64,000 bases of DNA from Escherichia coli (GCF_036507355.1 NZ_AP027877.1); one strand, 5' to 3'. Counted from the stretch's first letter, positions 29,549 through 41,974 are shown. Made by a program: numbers and translations. The notes: a model not told the origin generated them from the letters alone.

Positions 29549-29770
29549 TCAGGCTACAGCTTTAAGATTTGTCTGGAATACTTTGTTGCAATGAGGGCAG
29601 ATCAAAAGGGCACCTTTTTGTACTCTTGAAAAACTGTGTTCTGACTCTTGGGTGCAGTTTGGGCAGGAACATTTAACGAGATAATTACGGCGTGATTTTG
29701 AGTTTTTACGTTCTGACATAGGCTTTTCCTGTATAAATGGCCGTATACAGTACACTAAATATGAAAACAT
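29549..29770 (-). CDS. Hypothetical zinc-ribbon protein (two CxxC pairs)
   Basis: ORF with CSCPNC...CPHC; start may be the internal MSERKN. Confidence 0.4.
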   Translation of the reverse strand: MFSYLVYCIRPFIQEKPMSERKNSKSRRNYLVKCSCPNCTQESEHSFSRVQKGALLICPHCNKVFQTNLKAVA

Positions 29771-29938
29771 TTCTCGTATTATTATTTTATATATGACTTT
29801 CTTTCAAAATAATTACCCACATTTTTAATGTGTATGTTTTTTTAGCGCCGTTGAGAACAACGTGTGCTGTCAAAACTACCCCGTAGACTCCGATCTTTTC
29901 AAACATATTGCACCATCCGTGTACATCGGGGTGAGGAT

Positions 29939-30154
29939 ATGAAATCAATGGATAAGTTAACAACAGGTGTTGCATATGGCACATCGGCGGGTAATGCTGG
30001 TTTCTGGGCATTGCAGTTACTCGATAAAGTAACTCCGTCACAGTGGGCTGCAATCGGTGTGCTGGGTAGCCTGGTTTTTGGCCTGCTGACGTATCTGACA
30101 AATCTTTATTTCAAGATTAAAGAAGACAGGCGTAAGGCTGCGAGAGGAGAGTAA
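29939..30154 (+). CDS. essQ: Prophage holin EssQ (71 aa from MKSMDKL)
   Basis: ORF track 29864..30154; small membrane protein directly upstream of ydfR and the rrrQ lysozyme. Confidence 0.85.
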   Translation: MKSMDKLTTGVAYGTSAGNAGFWALQLLDKVTPSQWAAIGVLGSLVFGLLTYLTNLYFKIKEDRRKAARGE

Positions 30155-30158
30155 TCCA

Positions 30159-30466
30159 ATGACTCAAGACTATGAACTGGTTGTGAAAGGAGTCCGTAAT
30201 TTTGAGAATAAAGTTACGGTAACTGTAGCCTTACAGGACAAAGAACGCTTTGACGGTGAAATTTTTGACCTGGATGTCGCCATGGACCGTGTTGAAGGAG
30301 CTGCGCTGGAGTTTTATGAGGCAGCAGCCAGAAGGAGCGTCCGGCAAGTCTTCCTGGAAGTAGCAGAAAAATTGTCAGAAAAAGTTGAGTCTTATCTGCA
30401 GCATCAGTACTCCTTTAAGATTGAAAATCCTGCCAATAAGCACGAGCGTCCTCATCATAAATATCT

Positions 30467-30470
<4 letters not shown>
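30159..30470 (+). CDS. ydfR: Prophage protein YdfR (103 aa)
   Basis: ORF between holin and lysozyme; MTQDYELVVKGVRNFENKVTVTVALQDKERFDGEIF... Confidence 0.75.
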
Positions 30471-31494
<1,024 letters not shown>

Positions 31495-31856
31495 GGTAAT
31501 ATTAAATCGGAACATTTACATCGCGGAATGTAAAATTTAAATAAAAAGGACTCTTCCATGAGCCAAAATTCCTGAAATCTTAAGGGTAAGATAAAAGGTC
31601 TTAATCAGAATGACACGTTTTATTAATAAATAAAGCTATTCTTTCATTGCTGTGTTTTTCTTTACAAAAGTAATCCTTGCTATGGGTGGTTAATCATGCG
31701 TTAATGGTGTTCTGGTTTGTTACAAATTTATCTGAAGCAGTCATTGTTATAATTTTATTATTTGTACCTCTTGAGATTTCCTTGTTGGTTTTTCTCTCTG
31801 ATATTTTTTTTCGGACCATTCTGCCCAAGGGCTAATTTCTTCAAAAGGTAATAATT

Positions 31857-32069
31857 ATGTCTAACAAAATGACTGGTTTAGTGAAATGGTTTAACCCTGA
31901 AAAAGGTTTTGGTTTCATCACGCCGAAAGATGGCAGCAAAGATGTGTTTGTCCATTTCTCAGCAATTCAGAGCAACGATTTCAAAACATTAACTGAGAAT
32001 CAGGAAGTTGAATTTGGTATTGAGAACGGACCTAAAGGTCCTGCCGCTGTTCATGTAGTGGCGCTTTGA
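31857..32069 (+). CDS. cspI: Cold-shock protein CspI (70 aa)
   Basis: [42 protein letters not shown]... Confidence 0.9.
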   Translation: MSNKMTGLVKWFNPEKGFGFITPKDGSKDVFVHFSAIQSNDFKTLTENQEVEFGIENGPKGPAAVHVVAL

Positions 32070-32415
32070 GGTAGACAATATTACAAACCATATTCACTTT
32101 AGATGCCCGTGTTGTCATGGTTCCCAGTATAGAACATCATCTTTTGATGTTTCTGACATGAATCCTTTCGGGGCAAAATGTATCTTTTGTAAATCAATGA
32201 TGATTACATTTGATAATATTTCACAATACTTAAATGCCAGCCGTCTGTCGTTGGATTTGAAAAAGTGAAAATGAAGGCTCCTTCGGGAGCTTTTTTGCTT
32301 GGTGTCTATTCGATGGATACTCACATACTACGGTAACATCATGAAAAAAATCATAGTTTTTTTTAACTCTGAACCAGCAGTGGTAGTGCCAGCGATGACT
32401 GGAGTTAACACCATC

Positions 32416-32571
32416 ATGCGTGAATATCCAAATGGCGAAAAAACACACCTTACTGTAATGGCCGCAGGGTTTCCATCTCTGACCGGAGATCATAAAGTCA
32501 TTTATGTAGCCGCGGATCGACATGTTACTTCAGAAGAAATTCTGGAAGCAGCAATAAGGCTCTTGAGTTGA
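32416..32571 (+). CDS. ynfN: Small prophage protein, YnfN-like (51 aa from MREYPNGEK); assignment tentative
   Basis: ORF track 32299..32571; start chosen by expected length. Confidence 0.45.
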   Translation: MREYPNGEKTHLTVMAAGFPSLTGDHKVIYVAADRHVTSEEILEAAIRLLS

Positions 32572-32742
32572 TTTGATGCTATTGCATTGATAATTCAGGA
32601 AAATTCTCTTTGTCTGTTTGTGTAAAATTTAGACTATCGTATGTTGATTATTGCGATGTTTCATCTTATCTTTTACACGTTTGCACCATATAATCGACTT
32701 ACTGTGTAACTGGAAAGTCATAACAGACTAAAAGAGGAAATG

Positions 32743-32915
32743 ATGAATATTGAAAACTTAAAAACAAAAGCAGAAGCAGATATTTCTGAATATATAACAA
32801 AAAAATTATTGAACTTAAGAAAAAGACCGGGAAAGAAGTTACCAGTATTCAGTTTACCGCACGGGAAAAAATGACGGGTCTTGAAAGCTATGATGTCAAG
32901 ATTAATTTAATCTGA
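32743..32915 (+). pseudogene. gnsB: GnsB (GnsA paralog) with a 1-nt deletion in a poly-A tract
   Basis: Frame from ATG 32743 gives MNIENLKTKAEADISEYITKK then stops at 32872; the -1 frame after the A7 run (32799-32805) gives ...IIELKKKTGKEVTSIQFTAREKMTGLESYDVKINLI*, restoring a 57-aa GnsA-like protein. Confidence 0.65.
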
Positions 32916-33066
32916 TGTATTCAATAATAAAATTTATCCATAAACCTCGTTTTTACGGGGTTTTGTTATATTTGAATGGTTCCGAATATCTAAATCACAA
33001 TTGTTGATGATTTTTATTAAACCAATGCAGTCCGGCTCAGGAGTGAGAGAAGCCGGACGTTATGGT

Positions 33067-33477
33067 TTAGCGTGGTAAGATCTGTGTAGTTTTCTGGATG
33101 CTTTCAGTAAATAGTAATGAATCATCAAAGGTATAGTAATATCTTTTTTGTTCGTGGATATTTGTAACCCACCGAAAAACTCCTGCTTTAGCAAGGTTTC
33201 TTCTGTATTCCTGAAATGTGATCTCTCTGGATTTCAGCTTATTAGAGGTCGTTTCTATAAGATGCCTATCCTTTGAAAATTTGACAGACACAATGTTTTT
33301 TAGGCCCTTTAATAACACTGTATTATCATTTTTTAATACAATATGAACATTCTCTGTGGCTAAATAGTAAATGTAATGTGAGACATTGTGACGTTTTAGC
33401 TCAGAATAAAACCATTGATAGTTTAAATCGTTTCGAACTTTATCAAATATTTGTTTAAAAATGACTACCTGATCCAT
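33067..33477 (-). CDS. ydfO: Prophage protein YdfO (DUF1398), 136 aa from MDQVVIFKQ
   Basis: ORF track 33067..33492. Confidence 0.85.
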   Translation of the reverse strand: MDQVVIFKQIFDKVRNDLNYQWFYSELKRHNVSHYIYYLATENVHIVLKNDNTVLLKGLKNIVSVKFSKDRHLIETTSNKLKSREITFQEYRRNLAKAGVFRWVTNIHEQKRYYYTFDDSLLFTESIQKTTQILPR

Positions 33478-33534
33478 AGATAAACCTTCCATGTGATATG
33501 AGGGGGCGTAGTCTGCACGATTATCTAAATTGCT

Positions 33535-33768
33535 TCAATCTGGTCTGACCTGTTTTCTGAGCAATTCAGTAATGTCACTCTTTTCTTTGTTTGCTTCAGA
33601 AGAAACTCTTTTTTCTGAGCACAGTCTCCGGCGGCAGGCTTCAATGACCCAGGCTGAGAAATTCCCGGACCCTTTTTGCTCAAGAGCGATGTTAATTTGT
33701 TCAATCATTTGGTTAGGAAAGCGGATGTTGCGGGTTGTTGTTCTGCGGGTTCTGTTCTTCGTTGACAT
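33535..33768 (-). CDS. ynfO: Small prophage DNA-binding-like protein (77 aa), YnfO-like
   Basis: ORF track protein MSTKNRTRRTTTRNIRFPNQMIEQINIALEQKG... Confidence 0.55.
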   Translation of the reverse strand: MSTKNRTRRTTTRNIRFPNQMIEQINIALEQKGSGNFSAWVIEACRRRLCSEKRVSSEANKEKSDITELLRKQVRPD

Positions 33769-33967
33769 GAGGTTGCCCCGTATTCAGTGTCGCTGATTTG
33801 TATTGTCTGAAGTTGTTTTTACGTTAAGTTGATGCAGATCAATTAATACGATACCTGCGTCATAATTGATTATTTGACGTGGTTTGATGGCCTCCACGCA
33901 CGTTGTGATATGTAGATGATAATCATTATCACTTTACGGGTCCTTTCCGGTGATCCGACAGGTTACG

Positions 33968-33979
33968 GGGCGGCGACCT
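33968..33979 (+). other. Lambda-type cohesive-end site cosN (GGGCGGCGACCT) with adjacent cosB-like sequence
   Basis: gggcggcgacctcgcgggttttcgctatttatgaaaattttccggtttaagg... matches the lambda left-end sequence as I recall it; Nu1 starts at 34157. Confidence 0.8.
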
Positions 33980-34156
33980 CGCGGGTTTTCGCTATTTATG
34001 AAAATTTTCCGGTTTAAGGTGTTTCCGTTCTTCTTCGTCGTAACTTAATGTTTTTATTTAAAATACCCCCTGAAAAGAAAGGAAACGACAGGTGCTGAAA
34101 GCGAGCTTTTTGGCCTCTGTCGTTTCCTTTCTCTGTTTTTGTCCGTGGAATGAGCA

Positions 34157-34702
34157 ATGGAAGTCAACAAAAAGCAGCTGGCTGACATTTTCGGTGCGAG
34201 TATCCGTACCATTCAGAACTGGCAGGAACAGGGAATGCCCGTTCTGCGAGGCGGTGGCAAGGGTAATGAGGTGCTTTATGACTCTGCCGCCGTTATAAGA
34301 TGGTATGCCGAAAGGGATGCTGAAATTGAGAACGAAAAGCTGCGCCGGGAAGTTGAAGAACTGCGGCAGGCCAGCGAGACAGATCTCCAGCCAGGGACTA
34401 TTGAGTACGAACGCCATCGACTTACGCGTGCGCAGGCCGACGCACAGGAGCTGAAAAATGCCAGAGACTCCGCTGAAGTGGTGGAAACCGCATTCTGTAC
34501 TTTCGTGCTGTCGCGGATCGCAGGTGAAATTGCCAGTATTCTCGACGGGATCCCCCTGTCGGTGCAGCGGCGTTTTCCGGAACTGGAAAACCGACATGTT
34601 GATTTCCTGAAACGGGATATCATCAAAGCCATGAACAAAGCAGCCGCGCTGGATGAACTGATACCGGGGTTGCTGAGTGAATATATCGAACAGTCAGGTT
34701 AA
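34157..34702 (+). CDS. nohA: Terminase small subunit Nu1 homolog NohA (181 aa)
   Basis: MEVNKKQLADIFGASIRTIQNWQEQGMPVLRGGGKGNEVLYD..., near-identical to lambda Nu1 as recalled. Confidence 0.9.
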   Translation: MEVNKKQLADIFGASIRTIQNWQEQGMPVLRGGGKGNEVLYDSAAVIRWYAERDAEIENEKLRREVEELRQASETDLQPGTIEYERHRLTRAQADAQELKNARDSAEVVETAFCTFVLSRIAGEIASILDGIPLSVQRRFPELENRHVDFLKRDIIKAMNKAAALDELIPGLLSEYIEQSG

Positions 34703-34949
34703 CAGGCTGCGGCATTTTGTCCGCGCCGGGCTTCGCTCACTGTTCAGGCCGGAGCCACAGACCGCCGTTGAATGGGCGGATGCTAATTACTATCTCCCGA
34801 AAGAATCCGCATACCAGGAAGGGCGCTGGGAAACACTGCCCTTTCAGCGGGCCATCATGAATGCGATGGGCAGCGACTACATCCGTGAGGTGAATGTGGT
34901 GAAGTCTGCCCGTGTTGGTTATTCCAAAATGCTGCTGGGTGTTTACCGG
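34677..34949 (+). pseudogene. Truncated terminase large subunit (lambda gpA N-terminal ~91 aa), fused to unrelated sequence
   Basis: MNISNSQVNRLRHFVRAGLRSLFRPEPQTAVEWADANYYLPKES... matches lambda A until ...MLLGVY, then diverges; ORF track 34677..35039. Confidence 0.8.
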
Positions 34950-35730
34950 AGTCGGAAGTTGCCGGACATTGCAGATGAAGGCGCATTACAGAAATGGAGG
35001 TCTGTTCTACCGTTCCTCAAGAGATGGCTATGGTTTTGAGGAAGACTGGGCAGAAGTTTATACCTCGAAAAATCTTCCACCAGAAAGCTACCCAGTCGGT
35101 GCACCAATCCCGTGGCCATCAGATACCGTTCCGTCTGGTTATGCCCTGATGCAGGGGCAGACTTTTGACAAATCTGCTTACCCGAAACTTGCAGCCGCTT
35201 ATCCGTCAGGCGTGATCCCTGATATGCGTGGCTGGACGATTAAGGGCAAACCTGCCAGTGGTCGGGCCGTATTGTCTCAGGAACAGGACGGCATTAAATC
35301 GCACACCCACAGCGCCAGCGCATCCAGTACGGATTTGGGGACGAAAACCACATCGTCGTTTGATTACGGCACTAAATCCACGAATAACACCGGGGCGCAT
35401 ACCCATAGTGTTAGCGGTACGGCTGCTTCAGCCGGTGCACATACCCATTCGATAACATTTGTTTCAGGTGGCACCAAAGGTGCTCCGGGAAGTGGATCAC
35501 CTGATTATTCTAAATACAGTGTTAACACTTCTTCTGCAGGCGCTCATACGCACTCTGTATCGGGTACTGCTGCAAGCGCAGGTGCACACGCACATACTGT
35601 AGGTATTGGTGCTCATACGCACTCTGTTTCGATTGGCTCACATGGACACACCATCACCGTTAACGCTGCGGGTAACGCGGAAAACACCGTCAAAAACATC
35701 GCATTTAACTACATTGTGAGGCTTGCATAA
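34912..35730 (+). CDS. stfQ: Side tail fibre protein StfQ (C-terminal portion; 5' end at a deletion junction)
   Basis: Repeated [24 protein letters not shown] motifs; followed by tfaQ. Confidence 0.8.
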   Translation: MLVIPKCCWVFTGVGSCRTLQMKAHYRNGGLFYRSSRDGYGFEEDWAEVYTSKNLPPESYPVGAPIPWPSDTVPSGYALMQGQTFDKSAYPKLAAAYPSGVIPDMRGWTIKGKPASGRAVLSQEQDGIKSHTHSASASSTDLGTKTTSSFDYGTKSTNNTGAHTHSVSGTAASAGAHTHSITFVSGGTKGAPGSGSPDYSKYSVNTSSAGAHTHSVSGTAASAGAHAHTVGIGAHTHSVSIGSHGHTITVNAAGNAENTVKNIAFNYIVRLA

Positions 35731-36305
35731 TGGCATTCAGAATGAGTGAACAACCACGGACCATAAAAATTTATAATCTGCTGGCCGGAACTAATGAATT
35801 TATTGGTGAAGGTGATGCATATATTCCGCCTCATACAGGTCTGCCAGCAAACAGTACCGATATTGCACCGCCAGATATTCCGGCAGGCTTCGTGGCTGTT
35901 TTCAACAGTGATGAGGCATCGTGGCATCTCGTTGAAGACCATCGGGGTAAAACGGTTTATGACGTAGCGTCAGGGGACGCGTTATTTATTTCTGAACTCG
36001 GTCCGTTACCGGAAAATGTTACCTGGTTATCGCCGGAAGGGGAGTTTCAGAAGTGGAACGGCACAGCCTGGGTGAAAGATGCAGAAGCAGAAAAACTGTT
36101 CCGGATCCGAGAGGCGGAAGAAACAAAAAACAGCCTGATGCAGGTAGCCAGTGAGCATATTGCGCCACTTCAGGATGCTGTGGATCTGGAAATCGCAACG
36201 GAGGAAGAAATCTCGTTGCTGGAAGCATGGAAAAAGTATCGGGTATTGCTGAACCGTGTTGATACGTCAACTGCACAGGATATTGAATGGCCAGCACTGC
36301 CGTAG
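35730..36305 (+). CDS. tfaQ: Tail fibre assembly protein TfaQ (191 aa)
   Basis: [42 protein letters not shown]... Confidence 0.9.
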   Translation: MAFRMSEQPRTIKIYNLLAGTNEFIGEGDAYIPPHTGLPANSTDIAPPDIPAGFVAVFNSDEASWHLVEDHRGKTVYDVASGDALFISELGPLPENVTWLSPEGEFQKWNGTAWVKDAEAEKLFRIREAEETKNSLMQVASEHIAPLQDAVDLEIATEEEISLLEAWKKYRVLLNRVDTSTAQDIEWPALP

Positions 36306-36402
36306 GGTAAAACATATAAATTCTATAATTAGATGTATCTTTCCATTTACGGCAAGGAAGGGGGCTTGGAAGACGTAAAGCATCTCACACCGAGATTATT
36401 TT

Positions 36403-36993
36403 TTATATGTCAGGTGTCTGAAGTTTTGCTTTGGCTCTTAAAATGGTTTGCCGCGAGGTTTTGAATTCCCGGGCAATGGCACTTATACTTACACCTGACT
36501 TAATTCGTTCGAATACCGCCTGTTTCTGTTCTTCATTTAACACAGGTGGTCGACCAAAACGTTTCCCTGCGCCGCGGGCTCTTACTATCCCGGAATGAGT
36601 GCGTTCAAGTAAAAGGTCTCGTTCAAATTCAGCGACTGCTGAAATTACTTGCATCATCATTTTTCCTGTTGGACTGGTCAGGTCAATGCCCCCCAATGCT
36701 AAGCAATGCACTCTGATACCTGTTTCGGTCAGTTGTTCCACTGTTTTCCTGATATCCATTGCATTACAACCAAGGCGATCCAGTTTTGTCACAATCAATT
36801 GATCACCACATTTCAGGCGAGCAAGCAACCGGTTAAAACCAGGACGCTCACTGGTTGCTGCTGAGCCGCTAATGTGTTCTTCGATTATTTGCTGAGGTTT
36901 GATTTTAAAACCTGCACTTTCGATTTCCCGGCGTTGATTTTCGGTGGTCTGATCCAGCGTTGATATCCGACAGTAAGCAAAAATTCGAGACAT
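36403..36993 (-). CDS. pinQ: Serine DNA invertase PinQ (196 aa)
   Basis: Resolvase/invertase N-terminus [20 protein letters not shown]... with catalytic Ser and a C-terminal HTH. Confidence 0.9.
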   Translation of the reverse strand: MSRIFAYCRISTLDQTTENQRREIESAGFKIKPQQIIEEHISGSAATSERPGFNRLLARLKCGDQLIVTKLDRLGCNAMDIRKTVEQLTETGIRVHCLALGGIDLTSPTGKMMMQVISAVAEFERDLLLERTHSGIVRARGAGKRFGRPPVLNEEQKQAVFERIKSGVSISAIAREFKTSRQTILRAKAKLQTPDI

Positions 36994-37309
36994 AGTGAGA
37001 CTCTATACGAAATTGGTGTTCATATCATAATGCATCTCAGAAAATAATTATGATTATTTTTGTGCATATTTGTATGTACACGTTCGAAAATAAACGAATG
37101 CGTATGCAACCCCGTAATTTTGGTGAGACCCAAAATCGATTTTGTGAAAAATGGCTTTAACTCGGTTTGTTTTTCGAGTTCCGGGCGGACTCAAGGAAGA
37201 AGAATAGTGTTGCGTGTTATTTTAACCAGATTTCAAGTTGTTTGGTCGTGGAAAAGTGGAGCAAAATGTTGTTAAAGTGGAAAAATGATAAAAAAGTAAG
37301 TTTATTATA

Positions 37310-37543
37310 TTACATTTTACCATTTAAATTTTGGTTGTCTTTAAGAACTGATATCGCTGTTTGTAATAATTCTTTGTTATCCAGCCATGATTTTTTCTTT
37401 ATGTTTCCTTCAATGTAATCAAGCAATGTTCTGGTATTGATAGGTCTTCCCTGTTTTGCTACTTCCACTACAGCATCCCCTAGGATAATTCTTACTTCAG
37501 GAAGCTGCGCAGGGAACCACTTTAGGGTGTCTTTTGATTTCAT
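37310..37543 (-). CDS. ydfK: Cold-shock-induced prophage protein YdfK (77 aa from MKSKDTLKWF)
   Basis: ORF track 37310..37576. Confidence 0.8.
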   Translation of the reverse strand: MKSKDTLKWFPAQLPEVRIILGDAVVEVAKQGRPINTRTLLDYIEGNIKKKSWLDNKELLQTAISVLKDNQNLNGKM

Positions 37544-38323
37544 GAAGATATTCCTTAAAATATTATTGATTTTCATTGCGATATTGTATGTCTGATTCAG
37601 GATATGTTGACTTATACATCGGTTTTGTCTGGGTTATTGGATATGCCAATCCCTAATTTTATTAGGGCATGACTAAAAATGCTGAATATGATAAGGAGAG
37701 ATGTGATTATCAGTATGCTGTTCATATAGCCTCGAATTAGTAATGTGTTATATATGATATAGTTGACAATTTTTATCTTGGGTGTTCTTAAAGTTCGTAG
37801 ATAAACATTGTCGTTTCAGGTATACAGGAATGCTAACAGGTGGCAGCAAAAATCAGGCGGTTTATGGCGCAAGCTGAAGCGGCAACTGCAAACTATCTTA
37901 TGCAGAGACTCTACACGGATTGGGTTTAAAAGTATACATAGATAACAGTTTTTATCTGAAAAAGAAAAATATCAAGGTGATATAGCCTATATGCCTTTGA
38001 TGCGGAGGAATGAATGTGATGGGAGTGATGTATCTGAATAGTTGAAAAACCGCAGACACGCCTTATGCAAGAACGTGCTGCGGTTGGCTGGTAAATTTTT
38101 CGATAGTGTGAGTATTGAATGATTTCCAGCCGTTCTTGATTTTACGCATAAATCCATGAAAAAACTACTTATCTGTTGGGGAGTTTTTTTGGGGCATATA
38201 TGGGACAGAAATAGGCCCCAGATAGACACTGAGATCGAACTTAGGATGCTTTTTAAAAAATGCAACTATCTGAAAAAACCTAGAAAACGCCAAGGAAACC
38301 ACAGGATGGGAAAAAACACCTGT

Positions 38324-38337
38324 GAATTATGGATTTC
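38324..38337. repeat. Right prophage attachment core (gaattATGGATTTC)
   Basis: Direct repeat of 20827-20841; coincides with the start of the ydfJ body ORF. Confidence 0.55.
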
Positions 38338-39612
38338 CAGTTATATTCGCTCGGCGCAGCGTTAGTGTTTCATGAAATATTTTTTCCTGAATCATCAACG
38401 GCAATGGCGTTAATTTTGGCAATGGGAACCTACGGTGCAGGTTATGTGGCGCGTATTGTCGGAGCATTTATTTTCGGCAAAATGGGCGACAGAATAGGGC
38501 GTAAAAAAGTGCTCTTTATTACCATCACCATAATGGGGATCTGTACCACCTTAATTGGTGTGTTACCGACCTATGCACAGATTGGTGTTTTTGCACCCAT
38601 CTTGCTGGTGACGCTGCGTATTATTCAGGGATTGGGTGCAGGTGCGGAAATTTCCGGTGCCGGTACGATGCTGGCGGAATATGCGCCAAAAGGTAAGCGC
38701 GGAATTATCTCCTCATTTGTGGCTATGGGAACTAACTGCGGAACCTTAAGCGCAACGGCAATCTGGGCCTTTATGTTCTTCATTCTCAGTAAAGAGGAAC
38801 TGCTGGCGTGGGGATGGCGTATACCGTTCCTGGCGAGCGTTGTCGTGATGGTCTTTGCTATCTGGTTGCGTATGAATCTGAAAGAAAGCCCGGTCTTTGA
38901 GAAGGTTAACGATAGCAACCAACCGACAGCAAAACCTGCACCTGCTGGTAGCATGTTCCAGAGCAAATCCTTCTGGCTGGCAACAGGGCTGCGTTTTGGT
39001 CAGGCGGGTAACTCCGGTTTAATTCAGACTTTCCTTGCAGGCTATTTAGTACAGACGTTATTGTTTAACAAAGCAATTCCAACAGATGCATTGATGATTA
39101 GTTCGATTCTCGGCTTTATGACCATTCCGTTCCTTGGTTGGTTATCCGATAAAATTGGTCGCCGGATCCCGTATATTATTATGAATACCTCCGCGATTGT
39201 GCTGGCATGGCCAATGCTTTCTATCATCGTAGATAAAAGCTATGCCCCGAGCACCATTATGGTTGCACTGATTGTGATTCATAACTGTGCGGTGCTGGGA
39301 TTATTTGCTCTGGAAAACATTACCATGGCAGAAATGTTCGGCTGTAAAAACCGCTTTACCCGGATGGCTATTTCTAAAGAAATTGGTGGTCTTATCGCTT
39401 CCGGTTTTGGTCCTATCCTGGCGGGTATTTTCTGCACCATGACGGAATCCTGGTATCCGATCGCCATTATGATCATGGCATATTCAGTGATTGGTTTAAT
39501 CTCTGCGCTGAAAATGCCAGAAGTGAAAGACCGTGATTTAAGTGCGCTGGAAGACGCTGCGGAAGATCAACCGCGTGTTGTAAGAGCTGCGCAACCTTCC
39601 AGAAGTCTGTAA
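38329..39612 (+). pseudogene. ydfJ: MFS transporter YdfJ, 3' body (427 codons) separated from its first 28-31 codons by the prophage
   Basis: ORF track 38329..39612; polytopic MFS protein; N-terminal fragment at 20749..20841. Confidence 0.8.
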
Positions 39613-39701
39613 ATCCTCAATCCCTTCTCTTACCGGAGAGGGGATTTTTTATTCATATAACAAAACATGTAGCTTGCCATATTTATATTTAAGGAATAGT
39701 T

Positions 39702-41102
39702 ATGGGAAATAATTTGTTATCAGCAAAAGCGACGCTCCCTGTTTATGATCGTAATAACCTGGCCCCAAGAATTGTTCATTTAGGCTTTGGTGCATTTCAC
39801 CGTGCGCATCAGGGCGTGTATGCCGATATTCTTGCTACAGAACATTTCAGTGACTGGGGATATTATGAGGTCAACTTAATCGGCGGCGAACAGCAAATTG
39901 CCGATTTACAACAGCAAGATAATCTTTATACCGTTGCGGAAATGTCGGCCGATGCGTGGACGGCTCGCGTCGTTGGCGTCGTTAAAAAAGCCTTGCACGT
40001 ACAGATAGATGGCTTAGAAACCGTGTTGGCTGCGATGTGTGAACCGCAAATCGCGATTGTCTCTCTGACAATCACCGAAAAAGGGTATTTCCACTCTCCG
40101 GCGACCGGACAGTTAATGCTCGATCACCCGATGGTCGTTGCCGACGTGCAAAATCCCCACCAGCCGAAAACAGCAACAGGGGTGATTGTTGAGGCGCTGG
40201 CTCGCCGTAAAGCGGCAGGACTTCCCGCATTTACCGTCATGTCATGTGACAACATGCCAGAAAACGGTCATGTTATGCGTGACGTTGTCACTTCCTACGC
40301 GCAAGCCGTTGATGTAAAACTGGCACAATGGATCGAAGATAACGTGACTTTCCCATCAACAATGGTGGACCGTATTGTGCCCGCAGTGACAGAGGATACG
40401 CTGGCGAAAATCGAACAGCTTACCGGTGTGCGCGATCCTGCTGGCGTTGCCTGTGAACCTTTCCGCCAGTGGGTAATCGAAGATAACTTTGTTGCCGGAC
40501 GTCCGGAATGGGAAAAAGCGGGAGCAGAACTGGTTAGCGATGTACTGCCTTATGAAGAGATGAAGTTGCGCATGCTCAACGGCAGTCATTCATTCCTGGC
40601 GTATTTGGGCTATCTTGCCGGATATCAGCACATTAATGACTGTATGGAAGATGAACATTATCGTTATGCGGCGTATGGCTTGATGTTGCAGGAACAAGCG
40701 CCGACGCTGAAAGTGCAGGGCGTTGATTTGCAAGATTACGCTAACCGATTAATTGAACGCTATAGCAACCCGGCGTTACGTCATCGAACCTGGCAGATTG
40801 CGATGGATGGCAGCCAGAAATTGCCACAGCGGATGTTGGATTCTGTTCGCTGGCATCTGGCGCATGACAGCAAGTTCGATCTGCTGGCGCTGGGCGTCGC
40901 GGGTTGGATGCGTTATGTCGGTGGTGTTGATGAACAGGGAAATCCGATAGAAATCAGTGACCCACTGTTACCTGTTATTCAGAAGGCTGTACAACGTAGT
41001 GCCGAAGGGAAAGCGCGCGTCCAGTCATTGCTGGCGATTAAGGCAATCTTTGGTGATGATTTGCCAGACAATAGCTTGTTGGTGATGCTGCCAACTTACT
41101 GA
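39702..41102 (+). pseudogene. ydfI: Mannitol dehydrogenase-family oxidoreductase YdfI, 3' end replaced by IS1 (last 27 native codons displaced)
   Basis: ORF runs 22 nt into IS1 (..[10 protein letters not shown]); native frame resumes after the duplication at 41858 and ends at 41939 (FTAKVMEAYLSLLAHGAKATVAKYSVK*), restoring 486 aa. Confidence 0.8.
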
Positions 41103-41135
41103 TTTAGTGTATGATGGTGTTTTTGAGGTGCTCCA

Positions 41136-41411
41136 GTGGCTTCTGTTTCTATCAGCTGTCCCTCCTGTTCAGCTACTGACGGGGTGGTGCGTAACGGCAA
41201 AAGCACCGCCGGACATCAGCGCTATCTCTGCTCTCACTGCCGTAAAACATGGCAACTGCAGTTCACTTACACCGCTTCTCAACCCGGTACGCACCAGAAA
41301 ATCATTGATATGGCCATGAATGGCGTTGGATGCCGGGCAACAGCCCGCATTATGGGCGTTGGCCTCAACACGATTTTACGTCACTTAAAAAACTCAGGCC
41401 GCAGTCGGTAA
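41136..41411 (+). CDS. insA: IS1 InsA
   Basis: [43 protein letters not shown]... Confidence 0.9.
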
Positions 41412-41833
41412 CCTCGCGCATACAGCCGGGCAGTGACGTCATCGTCTGCGCGGAAATGGACGAACAGTGGGGCTATGTCGGGGCTAAATCGCGCCAGCGC
41501 TGGCTGTTTTACGCGTATGACAGGCTCCGGAAGACGGTTGTTGCGCACGTATTCGGTGAACGCACGATGGCGACGCTGGGGCGTCTTATGAGCCTGCTGT
41601 CACCCTTTGACGTGGTGATATGGATGACGGATGGCTGGCCGCTGTATGAATCCCGCCTGAAGGGAAAGCTGCACGTAATCAGCAAGCGATATACGCAGCG
41701 AATTGAGCGGCATAACCTGAATCTGAGGCAGCACCTGGCACGGCTGGGACGGAAGTCGCTGTCGTTCTCAAAATCGGTGGAGCTGCATGACAAAGTCATC
41801 GGGCATTATCTGAACATAAAACACTATCAATAA
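41330..41833 (+). CDS. insB: IS1 InsB (normally expressed as an InsAB' frameshift fusion)
   Basis: ORF track protein ending ...[19 protein letters not shown]. Confidence 0.85.
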
Positions 41834-41974
41834 GTTGGAGTCATTACCTAGCTTGTTTACTGCAAAAGTGATGGAAGCGTACTTGTCTTTATTAGCGCAT
41901 GGCGCGAAAGCGACCGTGGCGAAATATTCCGTGAAGTAAAAAAAGCAATGCCGCCATCGGCGGCATTCACACGC

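Larger units (their letters stand above)
41081..41848 (+). mobile_element. IS1 (768 bp) with a perfect 9-bp target-site duplication TAGCTTGTT
   Basis: Ends GGTGATGCTGCCAACTTACTGAT... and ...AAGTTGGAGTCATTACC; duplication at 41072-41080 and 41849-41857; insA and insB present. Confidence 0.95.

Noticed and set aside
38156..38365. 69-codon ORF spanning the right prophage junction
   Set aside because: Crosses the att core into ydfJ and has no coding-like features; an artefact of the junction.
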